A DNA stretch of 58,624 nt from Candidatus Omnitrophota bacterium (GTDB lineage Bacteria > Omnitrophota > Gorgyraeia > Gygaellales > Profunditerraquicolaceae): positions 1-58,624 of the forward strand of contig JBAZDY010000001.1 in assembly GCA_041654215.1 (NCBI GenBank), read 5' to 3'. Of the stretch, positions 35,253 to 45,008 are shown piece after piece. The translations under genes and the position numbers were made by a program. The stretch's first letter is position 1; the number at the start of each line of letters is the position of its first letter. The notes beneath the pieces were generated by a model. That model saw nothing but the letters and a program-made list of their open reading frames with translations. It was not told where the DNA came from and ran no database searches.

Positions 35253-36586
35253 AGTTTTTCTATCCCATCGCCGGCGGCGGCGTAAACGTTACGGGTATCG
35301 AAAATGAAAGGGGCATGCCTTCTGATAAGGGCGTAATCGACGGAGGAATGGTCTGTGGCGATAATCACGCAGTCGCAGGACTTGAGCGCGGCAGGCGACA
35401 GCGGCTGAGATATCAAGTCTATGGAGCCGATCTTCAGATAAGGTATCAAAGGGTCGTGGTAAAACACCTCCGCCTGCCTCAAGCGGAGTATTTCGATGAT
35501 ATCCAGGGGCGGAGATTTGCGCAGGTCTTTGATGTCCTTTTTGTAGGTCACCCCGCAGACCAGGATTCGGGCTCCCTTGAGGCGCCTGCCGCGCGAGCGC
35601 AGCGCGGCCTGCACCCTGTCTACAACGTAACGCGGCATATAGTTGATTATATCGGAAGAGAGCTTTATGTATTTCGATTTGAACCCGAACGATTTCGCCT
35701 TCCAGTAGAGATAAAGCGGATCCTTGGGAATGCAGTGCCCCCCGACCCCGGGGCCGGGATAAAACGGCATGAAGCCGAAGGGTTTGGTCCCGGCGGCTTT
35801 CACCACCTCCCATATGTCTATGCCCATCTTGTGGCACATCATCGCCATCTCGTCTATCATCCCGATGTTGACGATGCGAAAGGTGTTTTCCAGCAGTTTC
35901 ACCGTCTCGGCAACGCGGGGAGAAGAAACGGGCACCGCCGCGCAGGTGATGCGGCGGTAAAGCGCGGCGGCCAGTTCGGAGGCCTCGCTGGTCACCCCTC
36001 CCACCACTTTGGGTATCCTGTTAACCGGGAAATTCCTGTTGCCCGGGTCTATGCGTTCCGGGGAAAAAACGAGAAAAAAATCCCTGCCGCAGACCAGTCC
36101 GGACGATTCCAGCAGGGGCAGTATGACCTCCTGCGTAGTGCCCGGATAAGTGGTGCTCTCCAGTATCACCAGTTGTCCCGGCCGAAGGTTCTTCCTGATC
36201 TGTTTCACCGCCGAGATGATAAACGAGATATCCGGGTGGTATTTGCGTTTCAAAGGCGTAGGAACGCAGATAAGTATCACGTCGGCCCCGGACAAAAGGC
36301 TGAAATCAGTGGAAGCGCGCAGCAGGCCGGCGGCGGCGGCGCGGGATATCACTTTATGCGGGACATCGGAGATGTAGGAAGTGTTATCGTTGAGCCTCCT
36401 CACCCTGTCCTCATCGAGATCCACCCCCGTGACCTTAAAACCCTTGAGCGCGAACTCCGCCGCCAGAGGCAGTCCGACATAACCGAGCCCGATCACGGCC
36501 ACCGCGGCTTTCTTCCGCTCTATCTTTTTCTTCAATATCGCGAAATAATCCGGGTGGGACTTGGGCATTCCGGGTTTTCTTTTCAT
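35249..36586 (-). CDS. Nucleotide-sugar 6-dehydrogenase (UDP-glucose/UDP-ManNAc dehydrogenase family)
   Basis: VIGLGYVGLPLAAEFA, KLLENTFR and GVGGHCIPKDP. Confidence 0.85.
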   Translation of the reverse strand: MKRKPGMPKSHPDYFAILKKKIERKKAAVAVIGLGYVGLPLAAEFALKGFKVTGVDLDEDRVRRLNDNTSYISDVPHKVISRAAAAGLLRASTDFSLLSGADVILICVPTPLKRKYHPDISFIISAVKQIRKNLRPGQLVILESTTYPGTTQEVILPLLESSGLVCGRDFFLVFSPERIDPGNRNFPVNRIPKVVGGVTSEASELAAALYRRITCAAVPVSSPRVAETVKLLENTFRIVNIGMIDEMAMMCHKMGIDIWEVVKAAGTKPFGFMPFYPGPGVGGHCIPKDPLYLYWKAKSFGFKSKYIKLSSDIINYMPRYVVDRVQAALRSRGRRLKGARILVCGVTYKKDIKDLRKSPPLDIIEILRLRQAEVFYHDPLIPYLKIGSIDLISQPLSPAALKSCDCVIIATDHSSVDYALIRRHAPFIFDTRNVYAAAGDGIEKL

Positions 36587-38799
36587 TGCTGGGAACCTGA
36601 AGAGGGGGCGTGATAGGACTGGTCAAACCCGAATTCCATCTCGGGGAACGCCTTGAGACGGAAGATTACCCAGATGGTGTGGCCGGTATCTTCCTTGATA
36701 TCGTAAGCAAGGTTCATTATCCAGCAGTGCAGGTCGCGCGAAAGGATATACTGCTGTTCTATGAAACCGCTGTCCCTCTGGGTGCTCCGGTTGACCTGGT
36801 AACGCTCGTATAATTCGAACTTCCACTTGGGATTGCATCTCCAGACGGCGCTGAAGGTGATCTGGTTGCCGCCGTAATTGTTGTCATAAAGCTTGTTCGT
36901 GTAACGCTGGCCGATACCGAAGGAGCGCTCTGCGGCGAAGTGATAGTTGATATCGTAGTTGATCTCTTTGAAATAGTCGCCGACGTGGTCGTATCTGGCC
37001 GAAGAGCTGAAACGGACGTTGTCGTAAGGCCTGGCGTCGAGATAAATGAGCAGGTCCCCGAACTTGCTGCCGGATTCGGACACGGTCTGGCGGAAGGTCG
37101 CGGGGTCGTAAGCGACAGTCCTGGGATCGAAAGAATAATCCGTCTGCAGGCGCAGTTCCACGATGTCCGCCCTGGACCCGCTGCGGCGCTTGGTCTGCAG
37201 TTTGTTCGAGAGTTCCAGGGTAAAGACGTTGCTGCGCGTGATGGAATCCACCTCGTCAAAATATTTAAGCCGCTCTGCCGGCAGCGTGGGCTCGTGGTTG
37301 TAGGCGTATTTTACTGAAGGGGTGATCACGTGTCTCAAGCCGTTGATATCCATCCCCAGCAGGCGCGGGCGCACGTCGAAAATACGGTAAAAGCGGGTGC
37401 TGGCGTCCGCCCCGGCGTAGAAAATCGTGCGCGGACCCGGCGCTGCATTATCTATGTCCCTGTCGTAAAAGGTCTGCCGGCTGCCGGCAAAAGGAGTGAA
37501 TTCCACGAACGCTATCTTGGCGGGCAGAGAGACCTTGTTGTAGGTATCGAAGCGGTTGACCGAGACGTCGGCCGACGAAGGCGAAGGTACCGCTTTTTTA
37601 TAATTCAGGTTGGCGAAAGAGCTGCCGTTCTCGAAATAGAAAGGTCCGTCCCAGAGCGGAACGTCGGGAAGGCTGTATTTTATCTCGGGGAGCTTTTCCA
37701 GCTGGTCATACCAGCGGTTCGTGCGTTTTTGCAGGAGGACGTCGAGGCTGGAACCGGAAAAGGAATGGTGCAGCAGGGTATATGACAGCGGCCTGGAATC
37801 CGATTCGTATTCCCTGTAAAAATAATCCTTGAGTATGAAGTGGTCCGTGCCGAGAAGCGTGTATTTGGAATCATGGATCCTGTAATATTCGTTAATCAGG
37901 GAAGTGCTGCGGTCTATGTCCCATTTGTGGCGCCAGCGTATCAGGTACCGCTCGAATTCGTCCGGCGTCCCCTCGTCAAGGGTAGTGTCTTTCTCGTGCG
38001 CGTAATAAAACTTGAAGTTGCCTTTACCGGCGATCCTGGTGTCGTAATTGGCGCCGACCCCCTCGGCCACGCCGAGCTTGCTTCTGTAATCAAGATATAT
38101 CCGGCCTTCCGCGTTATCGCAGATGTCGAAACGCGTCGTGGTAAGCAGAAACGGCCCCCACCCGCTGCGGGTGCCGGGGGTCAGCTGAACGCGCATAAAG
38201 GGATCCGCGAAAGAGTGAGTGAAATACGGCAGGTAGAACAGGGGCATATTCCAGAGGCGGAAGACGTTCTCTCTGGCGGTGACGCGCTCCCCGGTCTTAA
38301 AATCTATCTCCTCCGCGCTGAGCCTGTAATCCGGGGTATCGTATTCACAGGTAGTGTAATAACCGCGCCTGGCGATTATCTCGTTCTCCCCCACCTTGCT
38401 TACCGATTCGGCCCTGCCGAAGTAAGGCGGCGAATTGAAAGCGGCGTTGCTCGCTTCGCCGGTCTTTGTTTTCAGATTATAGGAAAACGACTCCGCTTCT
38501 ATGATGCCGCGGGCATCGGAAACCTTGACGTTTCCGGAAGCCTTCGTGTCCTTAGTGACGGTATCCGCCTGAAGACTGCCGCAGGTCAGGGTGCTGTCTT
38601 TATATTTCACCTCCACGTTGCCTGAAGCGGAGACCTTTTTCTCCTCGGTGGAATACTCCACGTTATCGCCGTTAACGGTCACTCCCTGTTCCGGATCCTG
38701 CGCGAGGGCGGCGCGAACCGCGGGCGCCGACAGCAGCGCCGCGATGAGCAACCCGTTTGCTATGAAAGATATCCTCATTCTACCCCCGGCACGGTTCAA
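36583..38799 (-). CDS. lptD: LPS-assembly outer membrane protein LptD
   Basis: Signal peptide, an OstA-type N-terminal domain ([32 protein letters not shown]) and a large beta-barrel-like remainder. Confidence 0.8.
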   Translation of the reverse strand: MNRAGGRMRISFIANGLLIAALLSAPAVRAALAQDPEQGVTVNGDNVEYSTEEKKVSASGNVEVKYKDSTLTCGSLQADTVTKDTKASGNVKVSDARGIIEAESFSYNLKTKTGEASNAAFNSPPYFGRAESVSKVGENEIIARRGYYTTCEYDTPDYRLSAEEIDFKTGERVTARENVFRLWNMPLFYLPYFTHSFADPFMRVQLTPGTRSGWGPFLLTTTRFDICDNAEGRIYLDYRSKLGVAEGVGANYDTRIAGKGNFKFYYAHEKDTTLDEGTPDEFERYLIRWRHKWDIDRSTSLINEYYRIHDSKYTLLGTDHFILKDYFYREYESDSRPLSYTLLHHSFSGSSLDVLLQKRTNRWYDQLEKLPEIKYSLPDVPLWDGPFYFENGSSFANLNYKKAVPSPSSADVSVNRFDTYNKVSLPAKIAFVEFTPFAGSRQTFYDRDIDNAAPGPRTIFYAGADASTRFYRIFDVRPRLLGMDINGLRHVITPSVKYAYNHEPTLPAERLKYFDEVDSITRSNVFTLELSNKLQTKRRSGSRADIVELRLQTDYSFDPRTVAYDPATFRQTVSESGSKFGDLLIYLDARPYDNVRFSSSARYDHVGDYFKEINYDINYHFAAERSFGIGQRYTNKLYDNNYGGNQITFSAVWRCNPKWKFELYERYQVNRSTQRDSGFIEQQYILSRDLHCWIMNLAYDIKEDTGHTIWVIFRLKAFPEMEFGFDQSYHAPSSGSQQ

Positions 38800-39458
38800 A
38801 CCGCTGACGCGTTAAGCTGCGATATCTTATTCCAGTCGTTCAGGAACCTTTGCACCCCGATATCGGTCAGGGGATGCCTGACAAGCTGTTCGATGACCTC
38901 GTAAGGGACGGTCGCGATGTCCGCTCCGATCTTGGCCGCCTCGGCGACGTGCACCGGGTTCCTTACCGAAGCCACGATTATCTGCGTCTTAAAACCGTAA
39001 TTCCCGTAGATCAGTTTTATGTCCCTGATCAAATCGATCCCCTCCTGCGAGATATCGTCCAGCCTTCCGATAAAAGGCGAAATGTAATCCGCCCCGGCTT
39101 TCGCCGCCAGCAGCGCCTGGGAAGAAGAAAAACACAGCGTCACGTTGGTCTTTATCCCCTTCCGGGAGAGCGCTCCGACCGCCTTGAGCCCTTCTTTGAT
39201 CAAGGGTATCTTTGTAACGATGTTACCGGCGATGCGCGAAAGCCGCATCGCCTCCTCGACCATGCCGCCGGCTTCCATGCTGACGACTTCCGCGCTGACC
39301 GGGCCCGAGACGATGGAACATATCTCCTTCAGCACCTCCACGGGGTCGCGTTTCTCTTTCGCCATCAGGGTAGGGTTGGTGGTCACGCCGTCTATCAATC
39401 CCAGCGCCGCCGCTTCCCTTATCTCGCCGGTATCGGCCGTATCCAAAAATAGCTTCAT
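38796..39458 (-). CDS. Short (220 aa) transaldolase / fructose-6-phosphate aldolase
   Basis: [39 protein letters not shown] and NVTLCFS. Confidence 0.9.
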   Translation of the reverse strand: MKLFLDTADTGEIREAAALGLIDGVTTNPTLMAKEKRDPVEVLKEICSIVSGPVSAEVVSMEAGGMVEEAMRLSRIAGNIVTKIPLIKEGLKAVGALSRKGIKTNVTLCFSSSQALLAAKAGADYISPFIGRLDDISQEGIDLIRDIKLIYGNYGFKTQIIVASVRNPVHVAEAAKIGADIATVPYEVIEQLVRHPLTDIGVQRFLNDWNKISQLNASAV

Positions 39459-40381
39459 GCTTTCGTCCTCCCCGCGGCCGCAAGAGCCGCGCCTATCAAA
39501 CCCGCGTCACTGCCCAGCGCTGCCCTCACCACCTTAACCCTGCGCCCTTGCACCGGCATCGCTCGTCTCAGCAGATTTTCTTTTATGCCGTCGAAAAGAG
39601 GCCTGCCTGCCAAAGAGACCCCTCCTCCGACAACTATCACATCCGGGTTCAAAACGTTGCTCAATCCGGCCAAGGCTATGCCGATATGCGTTGAGGCCGC
39701 CCGCCAGAAGCGGAGCGCTTTTTTGTCGCCTTCGGCAGCCAGCGCGCTCGCCTTTTCCAGGGTAATGGACGCGCCGAGAGCGGCGCGCGCTTCTTTAAGC
39801 AGGGCTCCGTTTCCTGCGTAACGCTCAAGACAGGCCCTTCCTCCGCAGGGGCACGCCGGTCCGTTCTCGTTCAAAGGCAGATGCCCGATCTCACCGGCGG
39901 CGTTGTCCGCGCCGCGGTAAAGTTTTCCCTCGATTATCAATCCTGCGCCCACCCCGGTGCCCAGAGTAAGGCAGACGGCGTTACGGCTGCCTTTTGCGGA
40001 GCCGAGCGTGTATTCGGCCAAAGCCATCATCTTGGCGTCGTTATCCACCACGCAAGGAATACCGCAGGCGGCGGTGAAGAGGGAACTTAAAGGCACGTTC
40101 CTCCAGCCGGGTATATTCGGCAGGAAATGGACAACCTGCCTGTCAAAATCCACCGGACCGGGCACACCGATGCCGGCGGCGGAGATATCCTTAAGATCCA
40201 AACCGAGCCGCGAGGCCAACTTCTTCGCGGCGTAAATCAGCGCTCCGATCACCGCTTTCTTTCCCGCGCAAGCCGGTGTCGGCATAGACATCTTCTCGAG
40301 TATGGAAAGTTTTCCGCTAAAAACGGCGGCTTTTATACTGGTACCGCCTAAATCCAAGGCAATGAAGTATTTACGTCTCAT
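39455..40381 (-). CDS. ROK-family sugar kinase (glucokinase-like)
   Basis: The start at ATG 40381 gives [17 protein letters not shown]. Also GAGLI, GEIGH, and the zinc motif CPCGGRAC. The track start at 40474 adds an unlikely 31-aa extension. Confidence 0.8.
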   Translation of the reverse strand: MRRKYFIALDLGGTSIKAAVFSGKLSILEKMSMPTPACAGKKAVIGALIYAAKKLASRLGLDLKDISAAGIGVPGPVDFDRQVVHFLPNIPGWRNVPLSSLFTAACGIPCVVDNDAKMMALAEYTLGSAKGSRNAVCLTLGTGVGAGLIIEGKLYRGADNAAGEIGHLPLNENGPACPCGGRACLERYAGNGALLKEARAALGASITLEKASALAAEGDKKALRFWRAASTHIGIALAGLSNVLNPDVIVVGGGVSLAGRPLFDGIKENLLRRAMPVQGRRVKVVRAALGSDAGLIGAALAAAGRTKA

Positions 40382-40506
40382 AGATTTCAGGGTTAATCTG
40401 AATACATGCGCGCTTACCTGCACAAGCGCCCGTTTCAGCGGCTTCATTTTATATGAAAGACTTTTTAAATGCAAGTTAAATTACCATCGCGGTTCCCGTT
40501 CCCGGA

Positions 40507-41148
40507 TCAACCTATCATAAGTCCCTCCACCCGCGCGCGCTGTCCGTCCGGCGAAGCAGTCAGACAATTCACCAGGCCGCTGTGCCGCCATTGCAGCATA
40601 CAGTTGCGTGGAAGGAACCAGTAACGTTCGCCTACTTTCAGGTCAACCCGGCGGTCGCGCACTATTCCTTCGTATGCCTGCGCCGAATAATAACCGATAT
40701 CCTTTACCGGGGTTGAGCGAGCGGCAAGAGGTCCGCTGATGCACCAGACGATTACGCCGTTGTCCGGGTCGGATTCCAATACCACTCCGCAATGCGTGAC
40801 CGGACATCCGCAGGACATTCCCATGGGGCGACCTGTCAACAGGTCGCCGGCCCTGACTCCCTGTTTGCCGATCCTGGTTGGGTTATATAATAATATGGTT
40901 TCCCTGGGGCCGGGATCTCCAGGCAGGGTATCCAGAATGAAATCGAACGGCCGGCCGAGCGAATCATTCCAGGAGCCGGTAGACGCGCAAGAGCACCCGC
41001 TTACAGTATGTGTTCCGGAGCTCAGGTACGGACACAGATACGCGGCCGAAGGATCTTCTTTTATGAGCAGCGCGAGCTCTCCGCAGGAACGCCTGCCGCA
41101 CAAACCACAGTCCAACCCGGGCAATTTTTCCATTCTTCTCTCTCCCAT
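40507..41148 (-). CDS. Fe-S cluster-domain protein (RnfB-N-terminus-like 4-Cys motif) with an uncharacterised Cys-rich C-terminal domain
   Basis: LPGLDCGLCGRRSCGELA resembles the putative Fe-S cluster domain of RnfB/corrinoid proteins. Further cysteines occur in MSCGCPVTHCG. Confidence 0.55.
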   Translation of the reverse strand: MGERRMEKLPGLDCGLCGRRSCGELALLIKEDPSAAYLCPYLSSGTHTVSGCSCASTGSWNDSLGRPFDFILDTLPGDPGPRETILLYNPTRIGKQGVRAGDLLTGRPMGMSCGCPVTHCGVVLESDPDNGVIVWCISGPLAARSTPVKDIGYYSAQAYEGIVRDRRVDLKVGERYWFLPRNCMLQWRHSGLVNCLTASPDGQRARVEGLMIG

Positions 41149-41149
41149 T

Positions 41150-41869
41150 TCATTCGCCCCGGTAGAATATGCCGTTATCCAAAGGCCGCACTACTCCGAA
41201 ATGTTTTTGCCAGCCGGTTTCTTTCCTGCCTACGCATACGGTGCAAGTGCCCACCGGAGGGCTGCCCCGCATTTTGAAATCGAGGCCTTGTATATCCGGT
41301 GCAGCCGTTATCTTCGCCGCTACGGCGTCGATGCCTATTCCGTATAACGCGTTCGACTCGAAAACCGGGATGCCGGGAGCAGCCTTCATCACCCCCGCCC
41401 GGAAAACCTCCCTCTCCGCCTGGGATATCAGATCTATCTTGGTAACTACTGCGGCATCGGCCAGGGTCAACATCGGCCCTATCTTTATCGGCAGGTTCAT
41501 CCCGGCGGTAGCTTCCAACACCGCTATTCCCAACGCCCCCTCTACATAAGGAGAACAACGAAGGCAAAGCCCGGCCGTCTCAACCATCAGCACCGACGCG
41601 CCGCACTTCTGCGCCCATGCCGCGGCATCGCTGAAAACCATTACGTTGCAGTGGTCCGGGCATAACTCGCCGGAAAATACTTTTTTTGCCGGTATCCCGA
41701 ATTCCGACGCGAAAATAGAGTCCTCGGATGCATACTGCACGTCTATCTTAAGGTAAGCGAGCTTCATTCCGGCTTTTATAAGCCTGCGCGCCGCCTGACG
41801 GAGGACTGTAGTTTTTCCGGCGGTCGAAGGCCCGGCGCAGATCACCGCTTTCATGACCGCCCTCCGCAC
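41150..41869 (-). CDS. G3E-family (HypB/UreG/CobW/MeaB-like) P-loop GTPase
   Basis: Walker A GPSTAGKTT. VETAGLCLRCSP parallels the ENVGNLVCP motif of HypB. VVTKIDL is the NKxD-type box. Confidence 0.6.
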   Translation of the reverse strand: MRRAVMKAVICAGPSTAGKTTVLRQAARRLIKAGMKLAYLKIDVQYASEDSIFASEFGIPAKKVFSGELCPDHCNVMVFSDAAAWAQKCGASVLMVETAGLCLRCSPYVEGALGIAVLEATAGMNLPIKIGPMLTLADAAVVTKIDLISQAEREVFRAGVMKAAPGIPVFESNALYGIGIDAVAAKITAAPDIQGLDFKMRGSPPVGTCTVCVGRKETGWQKHFGVVRPLDNGIFYRGE

Positions 41870-42672
41870 CGGCGCGCGCCGGGGAAACAGTCCATGACTC
41901 CCGCCTCCACTTTTTCTCCGTCCCTAATAAGCTTCCGTAGATACAGGACAGACTCATCCAGGCGCCTGATCTCTTCGGCCACGGCGCGCTCCGCCCCGTC
42001 CGAACACACCAGTTTAACCATCGCGCCGTTTTTCATTACGATACGAAAATCAGACATCAGGGCGATCCCGGGGTCGTGAGTGACGAAAACGAATATTTTT
42101 TTGTAATTCTTCAGCAATTCCAGGGCACGGCTGCGGTCGATACCGGCATTCTCTATCTCGTCCAGCAGGATTATGGGTGAATTTCCGATCACCACCGCAT
42201 CGGCGATCAGAAGCGCCCTGGTCTGCCCTCCCGAGAGTTCGGTCATGCCGCTGTGAGGATCCAGTGGTTCTCCGGTGAGCTGGTTAGCGAAATTCACCGT
42301 TTCCTCCACCGCGGAAGGAACGTCCGCGTTAGACCTCACAGAAGCGTGTATCTTAAGGAATTCAGCTACCGGCAAATCGGAAAGAAAATTGGTATGCTGG
42401 GTTATAAAAGCCACCGGGTTACGAGCGGGATCTCCTGCCGCCTCGGGCGGGAGGCGTTTGCCGTTGATAAAGACCTTGCGCCTGCTCGGCGTGTTTTCGA
42501 AAGCGAAAAGGGCGATGTCGTCTATGAGGGTAGTCTTACCCGAACCGGTAGGGCCGACGATGCTGACGACATCTCCCATTTTCATCTCCACTTCGAAGAC
42601 GCCGTCCGCCTGTCCGGACTTTCCTATTCCCCCGGTTATCCTTAAATGTTCGATCTCCATTTCACGTCCCAT
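41851..42672 (-). CDS. ABC-type ATPase without a cognate membrane domain
   Basis: Walker A GPTGSGKTT, signature LSGGQTRAL, Walker B ILLDEIENAG, H-loop VTHD. No permease gene is adjacent. Confidence 0.8.
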   Translation of the reverse strand: MGREMEIEHLRITGGIGKSGQADGVFEVEMKMGDVVSIVGPTGSGKTTLIDDIALFAFENTPSRRKVFINGKRLPPEAAGDPARNPVAFITQHTNFLSDLPVAEFLKIHASVRSNADVPSAVEETVNFANQLTGEPLDPHSGMTELSGGQTRALLIADAVVIGNSPIILLDEIENAGIDRSRALELLKNYKKIFVFVTHDPGIALMSDFRIVMKNGAMVKLVCSDGAERAVAEEIRRLDESVLYLRKLIRDGEKVEAGVMDCFPGARRCGGRS

Positions 42673-42722
42673 CTTTCGCTTGCGCCGCCGGCATATAAAC
42701 CGCAGTCAAGTTCAGTCAACGG

Positions 42723-43904
42723 TCAATAATGAAAAAACTCCCCGTTCACCAGTTTATCCAGAAAATTCCCGTGTCTGTCACGCAGGGAATCCAGGTATTC
42801 CTTATCGTAGCTCAACGCCTCTCCGGCAACCCGCGCGCAATAACCGCAATCGGAGCAGCCTCCATGCGGGCAGCCGGAAGTGACGAATTTCCCGATAAAA
42901 CCGTTCAGTCTGGTGTTGTCTATGCGGATTCTGAAATCCTGCAGTATGCTCCCGAGCTCGGCCAAAGAAAAAAGATTGAGCTCGCGAGGATGAAAAAAAT
43001 ACCTGACTTTCAACGGCAGCGTGCGGGGATCAAGCACGGTCTTGCCGTGAAACATCGGCAGCAGATCCACCAGGTTGCCGTCGTATCTACGGCCTGCGTA
43101 AGCCCGCGCGATGAGCAATAGTTTCTCCGTGGAGCAACGCCTGTCGATCAATTTTAACGTCCCGATACCGGCGGATTCATAAACGGCCAGGTCTTCTGGC
43201 CTGATCCACTGAGAAGAGATAAACCTCACCGGGTCGCTCAGACGGATAAACTTGCAGAAAAGATTACAATAATCCACGGCGAACCCGGGCCTGCGCGTAG
43301 AATCCGCCTGCGAGCTGTGGGCGTCGTAAGCGTTATGATACCTGAAGAGAGGACAATCCAGCAGGCAGCTGGTGTTGGCGATCAGCCTCAATTCGCAGGA
43401 GACTTTCTTCTTCAACAGCCTTATCAGGGCGAAATCGCGATTCGCCAGGTTGTGCGCAAGCGTGATCTGGTCCGCCCCGAGCTCCTGCCAGAAAAGCGCT
43501 TTTTGCAGAGAGGCGACCTCGGCATTGGTAGAAACACAGATATTAAAAGCCGGGTATTTCTTTTTTATCATTTGTAAGAAATACGGCGAGGCCACTGTAA
43601 GGGAATCCACCCCGGCGTCAGTCAGCCAACCCAGCAGTTTTCTCACATCCCTATCCCCGGAACGGCTAAACTCCCGGAAAGAACCGCAGGCGGCGTTCAA
43701 AAGATAATTAAATTTAATCCCGGCCCCGTGCAGCTTGCGGATATGCCCGGCGACCCGGACACGGGAAACGTTCGGGAGAATGAACGCCGATCGGCCGCCT
43801 CCCACGACGTCCACGGCAAGTTTACCGTAACATTCGGCTATCCCCAGCTTCTTATATTCGGGGACCAGCGCGTCGTCCCAGTTAGTGGGCATAACCAGTT
43901 TCAA
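42723..43904 (-). CDS. U32-family (UbiU/UbiV/RlhA-like) Fe-S protein, paralog P1
   Basis: MKLVMPTNWDD; block GVDSLTVASPYFLQMIKKKYP...CELRLIANTSCLLDCPLFRYH; GIGTLKLIDRR; C-terminal GCPHGGCSDCGYC. Confidence 0.7.
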   Translation of the reverse strand: MKLVMPTNWDDALVPEYKKLGIAECYGKLAVDVVGGGRSAFILPNVSRVRVAGHIRKLHGAGIKFNYLLNAACGSFREFSRSGDRDVRKLLGWLTDAGVDSLTVASPYFLQMIKKKYPAFNICVSTNAEVASLQKALFWQELGADQITLAHNLANRDFALIRLLKKKVSCELRLIANTSCLLDCPLFRYHNAYDAHSSQADSTRRPGFAVDYCNLFCKFIRLSDPVRFISSQWIRPEDLAVYESAGIGTLKLIDRRCSTEKLLLIARAYAGRRYDGNLVDLLPMFHGKTVLDPRTLPLKVRYFFHPRELNLFSLAELGSILQDFRIRIDNTRLNGFIGKFVTSGCPHGGCSDCGYCARVAGEALSYDKEYLDSLRDRHGNFLDKLVNGEFFHY

Positions 43905-43955
43905 ACCGCACCTCCGCAGATTAGCATTACTTTATTATAGCCGGCGGCTTCGATA

Positions 43956-45008
43956 TTACCAGAGGGAATCTCCGCAGGAACGCCCTCCCCCGCACGGCAA
44001 CAGCAGTTCCTTCAGAATATCCTCCTGCCTTTTTAAAGCATATTGACGTTCCTTTTCATCGAACTCCACCGCCTCGCGCGCTTTTTCGGCGCAGAACCGG
44101 CATCCTCCGCAGGCCGCGCCGTTGCAGCCGGCTTCGTAAAGCCTTTCAATGAAACCGTCAAGCTTGGCGTTGTCCACGCTAAAAACATCTCTTCCCGTCT
44201 CCGTCCTGTCCTCACACAAAAGCAGGTCAAGCAGATTGCCCCGGTAGGCTCCCTGAGAATAAGCGTCTATCAAAATCCTTAATCTTTCCTCCGGAAGCGA
44301 AGAACCGGAAAGCTCCAGAATATCCGCGCCGAGGCGGCTGTAAAAGCCGGCGTCTTCCGGCCTGATCCAGGAAGCCTTCAGCAGCATTACCGGGTCGGAG
44401 AGAAATATCCGCCGGCACCCGGCCAGGTCATAATCAAAAAGAACGGTTTTTGCTTTGCTGCGGTGCGCGCCGAAGAACGGGCGGTGAAAAGAGAACGGAC
44501 AATTCAATAATCCGGGGGCATTGGCGGACAGCCTCAGCTCGCAAGACACGGCGGCGCGTATGGCTTTTATCAAGCCGAAATCGCGGTTCACCCTGACGGA
44601 GGACAAGGTCAGGGAGTCAGCGCCGAGTTCAAGCCATAACCTGGCCCGTGCCGCGCAGTCGATATGGGCGGAATCAGAGACGTTCACTTTAAAAAGCGGG
44701 AACCTTTTTTTTATCAGCTCCAGCAAATACGGAACGCTCACCGTCAGCCTGTCGGCTCCGCACGCGGCAAGCCGGTCCAGCAAATTTTCAATGCCGGACT
44801 GCCAGTTGCGGCCCCATTCGCGGTTATCCAGGCACGCTTCATCCAGGAGATAATTGAAAGAGAACCCTTTGGCGCGCGCCGCCCGTATGTGCCCGGCGTG
44901 CCGGGCCTTCAATCCCGCCTCCGCTTTCCCGCGCACTTCTTCGGCCTTCCGGTGAGAAAGGCTTTCTATAAAAGTATCGTCCCAGTTCGTGGGCACGGAC
45001 AACCTCAT
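43956..45008 (-). CDS. U32-family protein, paralog P2 (shorter; first central Cys replaced)
   Basis: MRLSVPTNWDD; CELRLSANAPGLLNCPFSFH (Gly in place of the first Cys); C-terminal GCNGAACGGCRFC. There is a 4-nt overlap with P3. Confidence 0.7.
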   Translation of the reverse strand: MRLSVPTNWDDTFIESLSHRKAEEVRGKAEAGLKARHAGHIRAARAKGFSFNYLLDEACLDNREWGRNWQSGIENLLDRLAACGADRLTVSVPYLLELIKKRFPLFKVNVSDSAHIDCAARARLWLELGADSLTLSSVRVNRDFGLIKAIRAAVSCELRLSANAPGLLNCPFSFHRPFFGAHRSKAKTVLFDYDLAGCRRIFLSDPVMLLKASWIRPEDAGFYSRLGADILELSGSSLPEERLRILIDAYSQGAYRGNLLDLLLCEDRTETGRDVFSVDNAKLDGFIERLYEAGCNGAACGGCRFCAEKAREAVEFDEKERQYALKRQEDILKELLLPCGGGRSCGDSLW

